This document shows, in pieces, positions 34,142 through 44,131 of a stretch of DNA of 64,000 nt. How positions within the stretch are numbered: the stretch's first letter is position 1; each line of letters starts with the position of its first letter. Below the pieces are notes generated by a model. It made no database searches, was not told where the DNA came from, and saw nothing but the letters and a program-made list of their open reading frames with translations. Position numbers and translations under genes: made by a program. Source of the stretch: an uncultured delta proteobacterium (GTDB lineage Bacteria > Desulfobacterota > Desulfobacteria > Desulfobacterales > JAFDCJ01); assembly GCA_963769935.1 (NCBI GenBank), contig CAVYNY010000012.1, positions 1 through 64,000 of the forward strand, written 5' to 3'.

Positions 34142-35155
34142 TCAGGCTGCCTGAACCTTTTTAAGCTGGCCGGCTTCTTTGGCGTAGCCGGCCAGCATTT
34201 CCCCTGCTTCGGCCTGGATTTCATCCCTTAGCTCCTCCGGTTCCAAGACCACCGCAGCCGCCCCCCAGCTGATGATCCAGCGCCTGAGCTCTCTGGTGAC
34301 GGCGACATCGACCCTGAAAACGATGGAGCCGTCAGCCTGATCGCTGATCTCCTGGGAATCGTGCCAGACTTTTTCTTTCACGTAGTCGGCAGCTTCGGTG
34401 GCGAACCATATGCTGACCTTTTCCGGTTCGCCGCGAAACACGCCAAAACTGTGGCGCATGAAATTATGGAAGTTGAAATCAGCCGGCACTTTAAAGGATT
34501 TTTCGGTCGGGTCGAGCGCCTTGATCCGCTCAACGGCAAAAATCCGAATTTCCTTTTTCCACCGGCAATAGCCGATCAGATAGAATCCACCGCTATAAAA
34601 CCACAGCTTGTAGGGCTCCACTTCCCGCCGGGTCAGCTTTTTGCGGCTCATTGTGTAGTACACAATCTTCACCGCTTTCTTTTCGATCATCGATTTGTTG
34701 AGGATATCGAGGACTTTGCTGAATTTACCGTATTTTTTGTGGGGCCCGCTGCCGACCTTCAGGCTCTTCTCAACCTGCTGCATGTATTTTTCCGCATCGG
34801 CCGGCACGGTGCTTTTGATCTTTTTGAGCAGGGATTCGAGAGAGTCGTAGAACACGGTTTCCTTCAGGCCTTGGATTGCGTCCCGGCTGAAATAAAGCGC
34901 CATGAGCTCCGACAGGCTGAAGGGGACGGGAACCGGCTTTCTGGCCGACTCCAGCAGCGCCCAGAAGCCGGTGCCGTTGACCCTTTCGTTGTAGATCGGA
35001 AAACCGGCCGCCTGCAATGCGTCCAGATCCCGGTAGATGGTGCGGGGGTGGCAGTCCAGGTCGGCCGCCAGGTCGTTGACGGTTTTGCCGTATTTGGAAG
35101 AAAGCAATTTCTGAAAAATCATCCACTGTCTTGCCAGTTGATCGCCACGAGCCAT
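34142..35155 (-). CDS. WYL-domain transcriptional regulator (HTH-WYL-WCX)
   Basis: RTIYRDLDALQAAGFPI HTH; RREVEPYKL, FYLIGYC, IRIFAVERI; WIISWGAAAVVLEPEELR. Confidence 0.95.
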   Translation of the reverse strand: MARGDQLARQWMIFQKLLSSKYGKTVNDLAADLDCHPRTIYRDLDALQAAGFPIYNERVNGTGFWALLESARKPVPVPFSLSELMALYFSRDAIQGLKETVFYDSLESLLKKIKSTVPADAEKYMQQVEKSLKVGSGPHKKYGKFSKVLDILNKSMIEKKAVKIVYYTMSRKKLTRREVEPYKLWFYSGGFYLIGYCRWKKEIRIFAVERIKALDPTEKSFKVPADFNFHNFMRHSFGVFRGEPEKVSIWFATEAADYVKEKVWHDSQEISDQADGSIVFRVDVAVTRELRRWIISWGAAAVVLEPEELRDEIQAEAGEMLAGYAKEAGQLKKVQAA

Positions 35156-35271
35156 AATCGCCTCTCATTAATTTAATCAGGACACAAATTCTCATATGTT
35201 CTAACAGGTATATAGAGATTATATCGGTTATAATGCGTCGGAACTTTAACCGATACAGCAGGTTAGAAATA

Positions 35272-35304
35272 TTGACCGGATCTGTCAAAGCGGCGTGATA
35301 TTCT
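35272..35304 (+). promoter_or_regulatory. Putative WYL-regulator box + -10 (copy 2), divergent from WYL gene
   Basis: TTGACCGGATCTGTCAA-AGCGGCGTGA-TATTCT. Confidence 0.7.
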
Positions 35305-35487
35305 TTTGAGAAAGGCTTTTTTCCACATAGGCTTTTAGAAATTTTATTTCAGACCCGTTTAAGGGACTCCTCACGCCTTTGACGGATTTGCACAGAACAT
35401 GATTTTAATTCGATCATTAAGGATCTAACTGCTTATGCCGATATTAATCCTTAATTCGGATTTATTAGCCTTAATAGGAGATACTCC

Positions 35488-36216
35488 ATGAATCAAAAAC
35501 TAAAGCTGAATGATGTAGTTCTTGAAAAGTTTATGAAAGATTTTTTTGGTTATGGCAACTGGAGTGCAGATATCTGGTTCGTCGGAATGGAAGAAGGAGG
35601 GGGGAATAGCATAGGGGAAATCAGCAACAGGATTAATTCATGGGACAAACGAGGTCGAAGAAATCTTGAAGACGTGTATGAATATCATAAAGATATAAAT
35701 CCCGACATAAAATTTTTCCGAGAGAAACCTGTATTGCAAAGCACCTGGAATAAATTAATCAGAATTTTTTTATCAATAAAAGGGGCACCTTCAGGAACTG
35801 AAGATGTCCGAAATTATCAATCAAAAAAATGGGGAAGGCTTTCAGGAGAAACCTGTCTCATGGAACTTTTCCCACTTCCTTCGCCTTCTATCAGGGAATG
35901 GTTTTATCGGGATTATTCCACGCTTTCCTTCCTGATAAATAGAACCGTGTACAAGCATCATTTATTCAAGGACAGATCGGATACTATTCGCTTAAAAATT
36001 AAAGAGCACAAGCCTTCTAAGGTAATATTTTATGGACTTGGATATAAAGATTTCTGGGAAGGAATTGTCGGAAAGACTTTAAATCAGAGCGGCAGTCAGG
36101 GTATTCACAAAGCAGCCGCGGCCGCAACTTCATTTTATGTAATCCCTCACCCGGCAGCAAAGGGAACGACCAATGAAGATTTAGAAAATATAGGCCGTTA
36201 CATTAAAAAAAATTAA
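35488..36216 (+). CDS. Hypothetical protein, uracil-DNA-glycosylase-like
   Basis: IWFVGMEEGGG near N-terminus, ELFPLP, PSKVIFYG, VIPHPA near C-terminus. Confidence 0.6.
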   Translation: MNQKLKLNDVVLEKFMKDFFGYGNWSADIWFVGMEEGGGNSIGEISNRINSWDKRGRRNLEDVYEYHKDINPDIKFFREKPVLQSTWNKLIRIFLSIKGAPSGTEDVRNYQSKKWGRLSGETCLMELFPLPSPSIREWFYRDYSTLSFLINRTVYKHHLFKDRSDTIRLKIKEHKPSKVIFYGLGYKDFWEGIVGKTLNQSGSQGIHKAAAAATSFYVIPHPAAKGTTNEDLENIGRYIKKN

Positions 36217-36288
36217 TCATTTGACCGTATCAGTTAAAAAAAAATAATGTTGGACATTCAACCCAAGTTCAAAAAGGGGGACCAGATA

Positions 36289-37236
36289 ATGAAATACGAC
36301 ATTATCGGTGACATCCACGGCCATGCCGATCAGCTGCGTCAACTGCTTGAAAAATTGGGTTACAAAAAGAAGGATGGCAGTTACACACCACCCTCCGACA
36401 GGCAAGCCATATTCGTCGGAGATTTTATTGATCGTGGCCCCCAAATTAGACAAACCCTTGAGATCGTCAAATCAATGTGTGACCGAGGGGCTGCCAGGGC
36501 CGTGCTCGGCAACCACGAATACAACGCGCTTTGTTATAATACCCAAAAGCCTGGGCATGCGGAGGAGTGGCTGCGGCCGCGCACCGAAAAAAATAAAATG
36601 CAGCATAAAGAAACATTGGACCAGTTCAAAAACCACCCTGTTGAATGGAAAAACTATCTGAACTGGTTTATGACCCTGCCTCTTTTTCTTGATCTGGGCG
36701 ACATCCGCATCGTCCATGCGGCCTGGGTTTCATCCGCATTAGATAAAATCCGAAAATGGACAGGTTCCGACCCGAAAGGTCACCCTCATTTGACCCCGGA
36801 GCTTCTCCAGAAATCTGCGCAAAAGAGAAGTGAAGAGTACAATGTTTTTGAAGCGGTTTTAAAGGGCGTTGAAATTGTACTCCCAAACGGTTGTCAGCTC
36901 GAGGACAAAGATGGATACCTGCGTAATGAAGCCCGAATTCGATGGTGGGAACCGGCCGCAGATAAAAGTTATGGGGAAATGATCTTTCCAGGAGTATCAT
37001 TAGATTGCGGTGACCAAATTATCGAACCGGAAAAAGTTGAGGGGCTATCTCATTATAAGGAACCTATTCCGGTATTTTTCGGTCATTACTGGCGCAACCC
37101 GGAAATACACCAGCTAAAAGTTCAGACAGTTTACATCTGCTGTCTCGATTACAGCGTTGCCAAAGAGGGGATTCTGGTTGCCTATCGCTGGGAGGGTGAA
37201 AAAATCTTGCGCAACGATCGTTTTGAATTTGTTTAA
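36289..37236 (+). CDS. Metallophosphoesterase (PPP/ApaH-like)
   Basis: GDIHG, GDFIDRGP, LGNHE, VHA, FFGHYW, CLDYSVAK. Confidence 0.9.
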   Translation: MKYDIIGDIHGHADQLRQLLEKLGYKKKDGSYTPPSDRQAIFVGDFIDRGPQIRQTLEIVKSMCDRGAARAVLGNHEYNALCYNTQKPGHAEEWLRPRTEKNKMQHKETLDQFKNHPVEWKNYLNWFMTLPLFLDLGDIRIVHAAWVSSALDKIRKWTGSDPKGHPHLTPELLQKSAQKRSEEYNVFEAVLKGVEIVLPNGCQLEDKDGYLRNEARIRWWEPAADKSYGEMIFPGVSLDCGDQIIEPEKVEGLSHYKEPIPVFFGHYWRNPEIHQLKVQTVYICCLDYSVAKEGILVAYRWEGEKILRNDRFEFV

Positions 37237-37263
37237 TAATTATTGCTGCATTAGAAAATAAAC

Positions 37264-37548
37264 TTAATCCTGCTCAAAATTAAAGTTTACAAATGTAAAT
37301 CCAGCATCCAGCCGTTTGATTGTTACAGCGGAGCCCTTTTTCACAAGTGGTGATGTCCGGACCTCCTGCTCGATTTCCTCATCGGTCATCTCTGAAACAT
37401 CGTCATTCGCAAAAATAATGCTTTCGGCCTTTATGCCCTCCCAAGACCACATCTCATAGAGGACATCATATTTTCCGAATTTGGCCGGGTGTCTAAATAA
37501 GATCCTGGTATCCTTTTCAATCGGCACATTATCAAATTTTTGGCACAT
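37264..37548 (-). CDS. Small hypothetical protein
   Basis: GGAG RBS; 94 aa; directly downstream of the AAA ATPase. Confidence 0.65.
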   Translation of the reverse strand: MCQKFDNVPIEKDTRILFRHPAKFGKYDVLYEMWSWEGIKAESIIFANDDVSEMTDEEIEQEVRTSPLVKKGSAVTIKRLDAGFTFVNFNFEQD

Positions 37549-37574
37549 TATTGTTCTCCAGTATGTATAGTATT

Positions 37575-37605
37575 CATCTGTTTAATCTGCGTGAATCCGT
37601 GTCCC
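37575..37605 (+). repeat. ATCTG-unit short repeat (left flank of AAA gene)
   Basis: ATCTGTTTAATCTGCGTGAATCCGTGTCCC; inverted relative to the copy at 39931-39960. Confidence 0.6.
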
Positions 37606-37617
37606 ATTAGAATTTTT

Positions 37618-39828
37618 CTAAAAACCAATCGATTTCTTATTGCCATGGCTGTTTTTCAAATTGGCTTCCACTTCCAGCTCATCTATGAGCAGCATGTGAG
37701 TAATTTCCTCATGCGGACAAAAGCAGTGGCGGTCCCGCACGACCTTGAAATCTCCCGGAGCCAGGTTTTCGATTCTTTTCAGCTTATTTATATACTGGGT
37801 ATTCAGGGGCTGGCCGGCTAAATCTTTCAATAATAAATCGTAAAATGTGACATTGCCCTCCGGCGTCAGATAGTCGAACCCCACTTTGAAATTGAACCGG
37901 CGCAAAGATGCCGGATCCAGATCGTCCAGACGATTGGTGGTGCAGACCAAAATCCCCCGAAAGCGTTCCATCCGGGTTAAAAACTCGTTGGTGAAGCTGA
38001 TCTCCCAGGATCGAATGGCCCGGTCACGGCTGAACAGGAGCGAGTCGGCCTCGTCGATGATCAAGACGGCCTCCTCGGCCTCGGCTTCGGCGAAAGCCTG
38101 CTTGATATTCTTCTCCCCTTCCCCGACGTACATGCTCTGCAGGTCGCTGACCCGCTTGCAGATAATTTTGCGGTCGATCTGATTGGCGATATATCTGGCT
38201 AGTTCACTTTTGCCGGTTCCGGGCGGGCCATAAAAAAGCAGATTCATATTCATAACTTGATGCTGCTCTGCCCGGCGGAGATAATCGTCAAAAAATTTGA
38301 GCCGTTCGAGCATTGAATTCAGGTCCCCATCCACATTGAGCCCTTCCAGGCTGAAATTATCCTCAACCCGGTTGGCATGCGACAGCTTCTCTCCGTAATT
38401 GCGCAAAGTTTCATGGGCCTCCAAACCCATCTCGACAGCCCGGCGGAATTCCACTTTAGACTTCAGCCGCTTTTCGACGGATTTTTTTACAGCCAGCTCG
38501 ATTACCCCGGCATTGACCTCGTAATTTTTGGCCAGTTCAAGAAGGTCATTTTCTTCAAAAAAGCGTTTGCATCTGTTTCTGCGCACGATGTTTTCCCACA
38601 GCATCAGCCGCTGCCGGCGGTTGAAGGGCTTGAAATGCACACTGTAAGCAAAGCGGCGCAAGACCGAATCCTCAATCTCGTCTATCCGGTTGGTGATCCA
38701 AATTATTCTTGTCCCGGGTTTTTCAAGAAGCTGGTTCAGCCATCCTTTGTCCTGGGTTTCCCCCCGGGAAAACCAGGAGCCCATTGTGTTCAGCAGGTTG
38801 TCGGCCTCGTCGACGACCACAACCGAACCTGACCCGCAGTCAGTCATGTTCAGACAGGCTAAAATTGCGGCACGGCGTTTTTCGGCCGTGTTCTCATTGC
38901 TCCGGACAATTTCATAGCCGGAGACCCCGAGCTGTTTGATCAGGCTGTATACAAAGCTGGTCTTGCCGGTACCCGGAGGGCCGTAAACCAAAAGATGGGT
39001 AGCGGATTTCGGTTTACACTTTATGAGATCTAAAATGTGATTAATCTGTTTTCTGTCGATTAAATAATGTTCCAAAGGCAGCGTGCCCCGGGGAACTTTG
39101 AAGTAAAAATTCTGCGAAAACTTGCCAGTTGCCGGGTTTTGAATCAGTTCGAAAAATTCGTCTTCAATGCTCAGCCCCCATTTTTCTATGGTGTACAGTC
39201 CCATCTGGGCAAGTCTACCGTAAAAAACGGCTTTCAGCTGCGTTTTGCTCAGACTCAGGAGGTTGGCCAGATATTTGTATCCGATAAATTTGTTGCACTC
39301 CAGGTGGTTGTCAAAAAATCGCTCGGCAGCCGGGTAGTTGTTGACAATGAACAGAAACACGGCAAAATCGATCTCAGGTTCTGAAAGGCTGAACATCTTT
39401 TTAAAATCCGTCACATTTTTTTCGATTTCCGGCATTCCCCTGTAACTGAGGCTTTTGTACTTTGCCTGAAGCAGTTTTAACAGGAAACTTCGCATCTGGC
39501 CGGATCTGACGGATCGGGTCTTTTTGAAGCTTGAATGCAAAGTTCGGGCATAGTCATCGGGGTCGAGATCACATTCCGAAAGTTCCTTCTTCAGCTCCGA
39601 TCTGGAATCCGGGTCAGCATGTTCGAGTAGAAACCTTCCGATCCGAACCATGTCTTCCCCCAAAATCCAACACAAGATTATCATGGTCTCCTCATCAAAT
39701 GACGGAAACCGTTCGAAATGGCGTATGATGTATTTTATGCAGCTTTTCAGAACAAACCGGTCATTTTTGTCTGAGGCCATGTGAACCACGTTTGCGGTAA
39801 TACCGCTGTCTAACGAAGGAATAAGCAT
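37618..39828 (-). CDS. AAA+ ATPase with two AAA domains
   Basis: YGPPGTGKT / VVDEAD / VLRRF and YGPPGTGKS / IIDEAD / SLRRF; C-terminal KKSIGF. Confidence 0.92.
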   Translation of the reverse strand: MLIPSLDSGITANVVHMASDKNDRFVLKSCIKYIIRHFERFPSFDEETMIILCWILGEDMVRIGRFLLEHADPDSRSELKKELSECDLDPDDYARTLHSSFKKTRSVRSGQMRSFLLKLLQAKYKSLSYRGMPEIEKNVTDFKKMFSLSEPEIDFAVFLFIVNNYPAAERFFDNHLECNKFIGYKYLANLLSLSKTQLKAVFYGRLAQMGLYTIEKWGLSIEDEFFELIQNPATGKFSQNFYFKVPRGTLPLEHYLIDRKQINHILDLIKCKPKSATHLLVYGPPGTGKTSFVYSLIKQLGVSGYEIVRSNENTAEKRRAAILACLNMTDCGSGSVVVVDEADNLLNTMGSWFSRGETQDKGWLNQLLEKPGTRIIWITNRIDEIEDSVLRRFAYSVHFKPFNRRQRLMLWENIVRRNRCKRFFEENDLLELAKNYEVNAGVIELAVKKSVEKRLKSKVEFRRAVEMGLEAHETLRNYGEKLSHANRVEDNFSLEGLNVDGDLNSMLERLKFFDDYLRRAEQHQVMNMNLLFYGPPGTGKSELARYIANQIDRKIICKRVSDLQSMYVGEGEKNIKQAFAEAEAEEAVLIIDEADSLLFSRDRAIRSWEISFTNEFLTRMERFRGILVCTTNRLDDLDPASLRRFNFKVGFDYLTPEGNVTFYDLLLKDLAGQPLNTQYINKLKRIENLAPGDFKVVRDRHCFCPHEEITHMLLIDELEVEANLKNSHGNKKSIGF

Positions 39829-39884
39829 ATAAATTCTCCCTATTTTTTTGGAGCAAGATTCATTCGAATTCAAAGTTTATTCTG

Positions 39885-39917
39885 ATAATAGCATGTGCCG
39901 TTGACAGATGCGGTCAA
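39885..39917 (-). promoter_or_regulatory. Putative WYL-regulator box + -10 (copy 3)
   Basis: Minus strand TTGACCGCATCTGTCAA-CGGCACATGC-TATTAT. Confidence 0.7.
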
Positions 39918-39930
39918 AACCTCTTTTTTC

Positions 39931-39960
39931 GGACATGGATAAACACAGATTACACAGATA
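39931..39960 (-). repeat. ATCTG-unit short repeat (right flank of AAA gene)
   Basis: Minus strand ATCTGTGTAATCTGTGTTTATCCATGTCC. Confidence 0.6.
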
Positions 39961-40542
39961 ACAAAATTAATTTTTAAAATAGTTGGATAATTTTGCCGAC
40001 TACCTTCTTCCGCCCATGAAGCCTTTAGGATTAAATCCTCTGACCGGTGAAAAAGTGCTCGATCCCTTTGATAGGACAAATGCCCGGGAGATTGAAAATA
40101 CAAAACAGAAGATCAATGAGCATCAATATGTGTGGCAAAAAATGGATTTTTACTAAATCACGATATTATACCTTCAGTTCATTCACACCCTAAATGATCG
40201 TAAACAAAATGGAGGGAATAAGGGGGACATCGGTTCTATTTCTCTATTTGGAGAAATCTTGGGGATGTAGTATTCCGCTCCTACATATCCCAATTTACGC
40301 ACCGATAAATAGTATAGAACCGGGCGCGATTCTATGACCTGTCACTTTTTTTGACGGCGGACTTTTAATTTCCGGGGATGATGTGAATCACTATTTCAGC
40401 TAAGATAAGCAAATTGGTGTTGGGAATCACATGGTTTGACAGGAATCCTAATCGGTGACTATTTTATATGCAATGGTTGCCTTTTAACTTTTAAAGCCTC
40501 TTAGTTTTAGATCTGCAGCTGATTTTAGAGAAAGAAAAGCAC

Positions 40543-42000
40543 ATGTTTAGCTTTGACAATACTTATGCTCGACTTCCAGAAAAATTTTATGCCAGGGTGG
40601 CTCCGGCCAAGGCCCCCAGACCGGAACTTATAAAGTGGAATGCCGAATTAGCACGGGATTTAGGGGCTCAAACAGACTCATTTACAAAAACAGAACTGGA
40701 GTTAATATTTACGGGTCAAAAATTGCTTCCCGGTTCAGAATCCATTGCCCTTGTCTATGCTGGTCATCAGTTCGGTTACTTCGTCCCAAGGCTTGGTGAT
40801 GGCCGTGCACTATTGCTGGGGGAAGTTCTGGACCCTTCGGGACGGCGTTATGATATTCAGCTCAAAGGCTCAGGTGAAACTCCCTTTTCGCGCAGTGGAG
40901 ACGGAAAGGCTCCACTTGGCCCTGTCCTGCGGGAATATATTGTAAGCGAGGGCCTTCATCATCTGGGACTGCCTACTACCAGATCCCTGGCCGCGGTCCA
41001 GACGGGCGAACCGGTTTTCCGGGACAAGGCTTATCCGGGGGCGATCTTAACCAGAGTTGCCTCAAGTCATATTCGTGTCGGAACATTTGAATATTTTGCT
41101 GCCCAAAAGGACCTGGAAAATTTAAAGATTTTAACCAGATACTCTATCCAAAGACATTATCCTGAAATTCAAAAAGATTCTGAGGTTTATCTTGAATTTT
41201 TTCGTAGGGCAGGACGCGCGCAGGTTGAACTTGTGACCGACTGGATGGCTCTGGGGTTTATTCACGGTGTGATGAACACGGACAACATGTCCATAGCAGG
41301 GGAAACAATCGACTTCGGACCCTGCGCTTTCATGGATCAATTCCGTTTCGATCAGGTCTTCAGCTCAATTGATCAATTCGGTCGCTATTCTTATTCCAAC
41401 CAGGCCCAAATCACACTTTGGAACTTGTCCCGGCTCGGCAGTTGTCTGGCTCTTCTGACCAATAATGATTCCGCGGAGGCAATTGAAATGCTTAACAAGG
41501 AATTGGAATCCTTAAGCAGTCTTTTTGAGCAGAGGCTTGCCTCCAAAATGAGAAAAAAACTGGGTATCTTAAATGGTGAGCAGACGGAGGATGAGGATCT
41601 TATCAGTAAATGGCTCCGTTATTTGGAAACGGAGCAGCTCGATTATACTCTAAGTTTTCGAAGACTTGCCGACCTGGCAACAAATGACGACGATGATGGC
41701 TTCTTTAAAAAGACCGTGGCCTTCCAGGATTTCTGTCAGTTCTGGCGCAAAAGGATACAAAACCAGAATCTGAAAACTAGGACAATCAAGGAAAAAATGA
41801 ACAGTGTTAATCCGGTTTTTATTCCCAGAAACCACAAGATCGAGCAGGTGATTGAATCGGGACTGCAGGGGGACTTCAGTCCTTTTCATGAAATGAATGA
41901 GGTGCTTAAAAAACCGTACGAGGAGCAGGATCTTTTTAACAGCTATAAATCAGCCCCCAGACCGGAGCAAGTTGTTAAGACCACCTTTTGTGGGACCTAA
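40543..42000 (+). CDS. selO: Protein adenylyltransferase SelO (YdiU)
   Basis: YAGHQFG, LGDGRA, LKGSG, GFIHGVMNTDN, TIDFGP, C-terminal TFCGT. Confidence 0.93.
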   Translation: MFSFDNTYARLPEKFYARVAPAKAPRPELIKWNAELARDLGAQTDSFTKTELELIFTGQKLLPGSESIALVYAGHQFGYFVPRLGDGRALLLGEVLDPSGRRYDIQLKGSGETPFSRSGDGKAPLGPVLREYIVSEGLHHLGLPTTRSLAAVQTGEPVFRDKAYPGAILTRVASSHIRVGTFEYFAAQKDLENLKILTRYSIQRHYPEIQKDSEVYLEFFRRAGRAQVELVTDWMALGFIHGVMNTDNMSIAGETIDFGPCAFMDQFRFDQVFSSIDQFGRYSYSNQAQITLWNLSRLGSCLALLTNNDSAEAIEMLNKELESLSSLFEQRLASKMRKKLGILNGEQTEDEDLISKWLRYLETEQLDYTLSFRRLADLATNDDDDGFFKKTVAFQDFCQFWRKRIQNQNLKTRTIKEKMNSVNPVFIPRNHKIEQVIESGLQGDFSPFHEMNEVLKKPYEEQDLFNSYKSAPRPEQVVKTTFCGT

Positions 42001-42476
42001 AAAAATGGATATTGCTCCCTTTTCAAGATTCCGCCATCCGGAAAACCACCCATAAGCCACAAATCATCAATCGACTTTTGCGGCAGCTCGTTTAAAGCAA
42101 AAGGACTTAACTCGACAACAGCAATACGCCCGGTTAAAAATTCAGATACCTGTTTCATCAACCCTGGTGAAACCGACCCCAGAATAAGAAACCGGCCGGT
42201 TGTTTTCCGATTCTGATCTACAGCAGCCCGAATGCGGGGAAATATTTCCGGAAAATTTTGAGCTTCATCCAGAATTACGGGTACTTTTGATGCGGCAACT
42301 TCATCCCACTGCAAATCAAGTCTTAGCTTATCCTGTTCCAGCTCAAGATCAAAATACAGGTCTGAAAATGTTCCGGCCAGTGTGGTCTTGCCCGATTGCC
42401 GTGCTCCCAGAAGAGCAACCGCCGGATAGTTCTTCAAATGTTCTTTGATTAAATTTGAAAGATGTCGCTTGACCAT
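41997..42476 (-). pseudogene. Truncated AAA_14-DUF4143 paralog
   Basis: GARQSGKT, LDEAQ, FLILGS, MGGFP, then ends abruptly. Confidence 0.8.
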
Positions 42477-42857
42477 ATTTTGTATTATAGAAGTTTCTTT
42501 CTAATTTGCAAGAATATATCCTGCCCATTTTTTGGTGGTATCATTTTAGGGAAATATAGGGTACGTGTTTGATTGAGTTGACTATCCGGCTTCATTGCGC
42601 TCATCCCTGATACCGTCGTCAACCAATTTTCAACCTCCTTTTTGTTTTCTTTTTTTACCCCAATTGTATAATTATGGTACGCTCATAAAATTATAAATTT
42701 CTTATCTTCGTTTAGTATCAATTGCTTATTTTTGACGATCCTTTGACCACGCTTGAACGAAATACGGTCTGTGAACTTTTAGATCTCGAGATTCTTAGGG
42801 AACAAAGGGGACACTGTTGTCTGAATTGACCTACTGGCTTATACATAGGATTCAAAA

Positions 42858-43080
42858 TCAGGAGAACAAATCCGCAATCGTTTTCATTGGCAGGAATAAG
42901 CGCAGCTTTCGATCAGGAAAAACGCAAAATCCATAGTGCTCATATAAGGATCGCGCGTGTTCATCAATCGCATCCACTACTACGGCATATGAGGCAACCA
43001 CGGCCGCAGCATTCAAAGACCGGCGCAGTGCGTCCAAGATTAAAATTTCACCGTAGCCTCTTCCCTGGTGGCGGCTGTCG
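42858..43080 (-). pseudogene. 3' fragment of GNAT toxin, near-duplicate of 45613-45835
   Basis: DSRHQGRGYGEILILDAL...RLFLPMKTIADLFS. Confidence 0.85.
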
Positions 43081-43188
43081 GAAGTCATCTAAAAAATTCA
43101 GCCTTTACAAAATCAAAGTATGATATTAGACTGTTTCTAAATTGTAGATCTTTAATTGAATCTCTATCTGTAATTACCATAGGAATGT

Positions 43189-43425
43189 ATGCCGACAATT
43201 CTAAGAATTGGTCCATACCGTTTTTTCTTCTACGCTGGTGATCGGAGCGAGCCACTACATATCCATGTTGAACGGGATGATAATGTTGCCAAATTTTGGT
43301 TGAATCCGATACGACTTCAAAGCAGCGGCGGATTCACAAGAGCAGAAATAAATCGCATACATTCATTAATAAAAGACAACTACGCCCAATTCGTGGAGGC
43401 TTGGAATGAATACTTTGGCAGTTGA
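43189..43425 (+). CDS. DUF4160 domain protein (TA-like)
   Basis: MPTILRIGPYRFFFY...EPLHIHV...AKFWL...WNEYFG. Confidence 0.88.
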   Translation: MPTILRIGPYRFFFYAGDRSEPLHIHVERDDNVAKFWLNPIRLQSSGGFTRAEINRIHSLIKDNYAQFVEAWNEYFGS

Positions 43426-43720
43426 AATAAGAGTACCTGAAGCTTTAAGCGTTTCACTAACTGATGACACGCTGAGTGTTGATCTTAGTGATGGACGCAG
43501 CATTTCGGTTCCAATTGCCTGGTTCCCGAGACTTCTATATTCTACCGAACAGGAACGAAACAATTGGAGATTGATCGGCAAGGGACAAGGAATTCATTGG
43601 GAAGATATTGATGAAGATATTAGTATAGAAGGGCTATTAGCAGGAAGACCATCAGGTGAATCGCAGGAGTCGTTTAGAAAGTGGTTGGCTAAACGTTCAG
43701 ATAAATCCCCTTCACGTTAG
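43406..43720 (+). CDS. DUF2442 domain protein (TA-like)
   Basis: LSDGRSISVPIAWFPRL, GIHWEDIDEDISIEGLL. Confidence 0.9.
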   Translation: MNTLAVEIRVPEALSVSLTDDTLSVDLSDGRSISVPIAWFPRLLYSTEQERNNWRLIGKGQGIHWEDIDEDISIEGLLAGRPSGESQESFRKWLAKRSDKSPSR

Positions 43721-44048
43721 AATTCGGCTGCACCATCTTTCAAGCAAGCCTATCATGTGATCCTCAAAAGTCTCATGTGGGGGGATCTTAGGGACGCCCA
43801 TAAAATCATAACTTTCCCGTTGTTCGACAATAATCAATGAGCAGATGGCAAGGCTCGATTGGTGAATTATAGCAATTTTTGACGATCCGTGACTTTAGCC
43901 TGGGGTCGTACCATGGTAACCGCCTGACAATCTTCAATATGTGCTAAAAATTGACCCCTTTTTCGGGCTTAAAGTGATATTTTTGGTGCCAAAAAGAGTG
44001 GTTTAAGCAAAAGCGTCACCAACCGAAGGCTTTGCACACGGCATTCTT

Positions 44049-44131
44049 TGCATATTCCCCTCAATTCCGGCCAAAGGCTGCCACCTTTTCCGATTGATTC
44101 CGGCCGTCCATTCCGGACGAATCCGGCCACC
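44049..44131 (+). mobile_element. IS21-family terminal remnant
   Basis: TGCATATTCC start followed by iterated TTCCGGCCA / ATCCGGCCACC units. Confidence 0.55.

Noticed and set aside
34361..35176. 271-aa + strand ORF
   Set aside because: Antisense shadow of the WYL gene.
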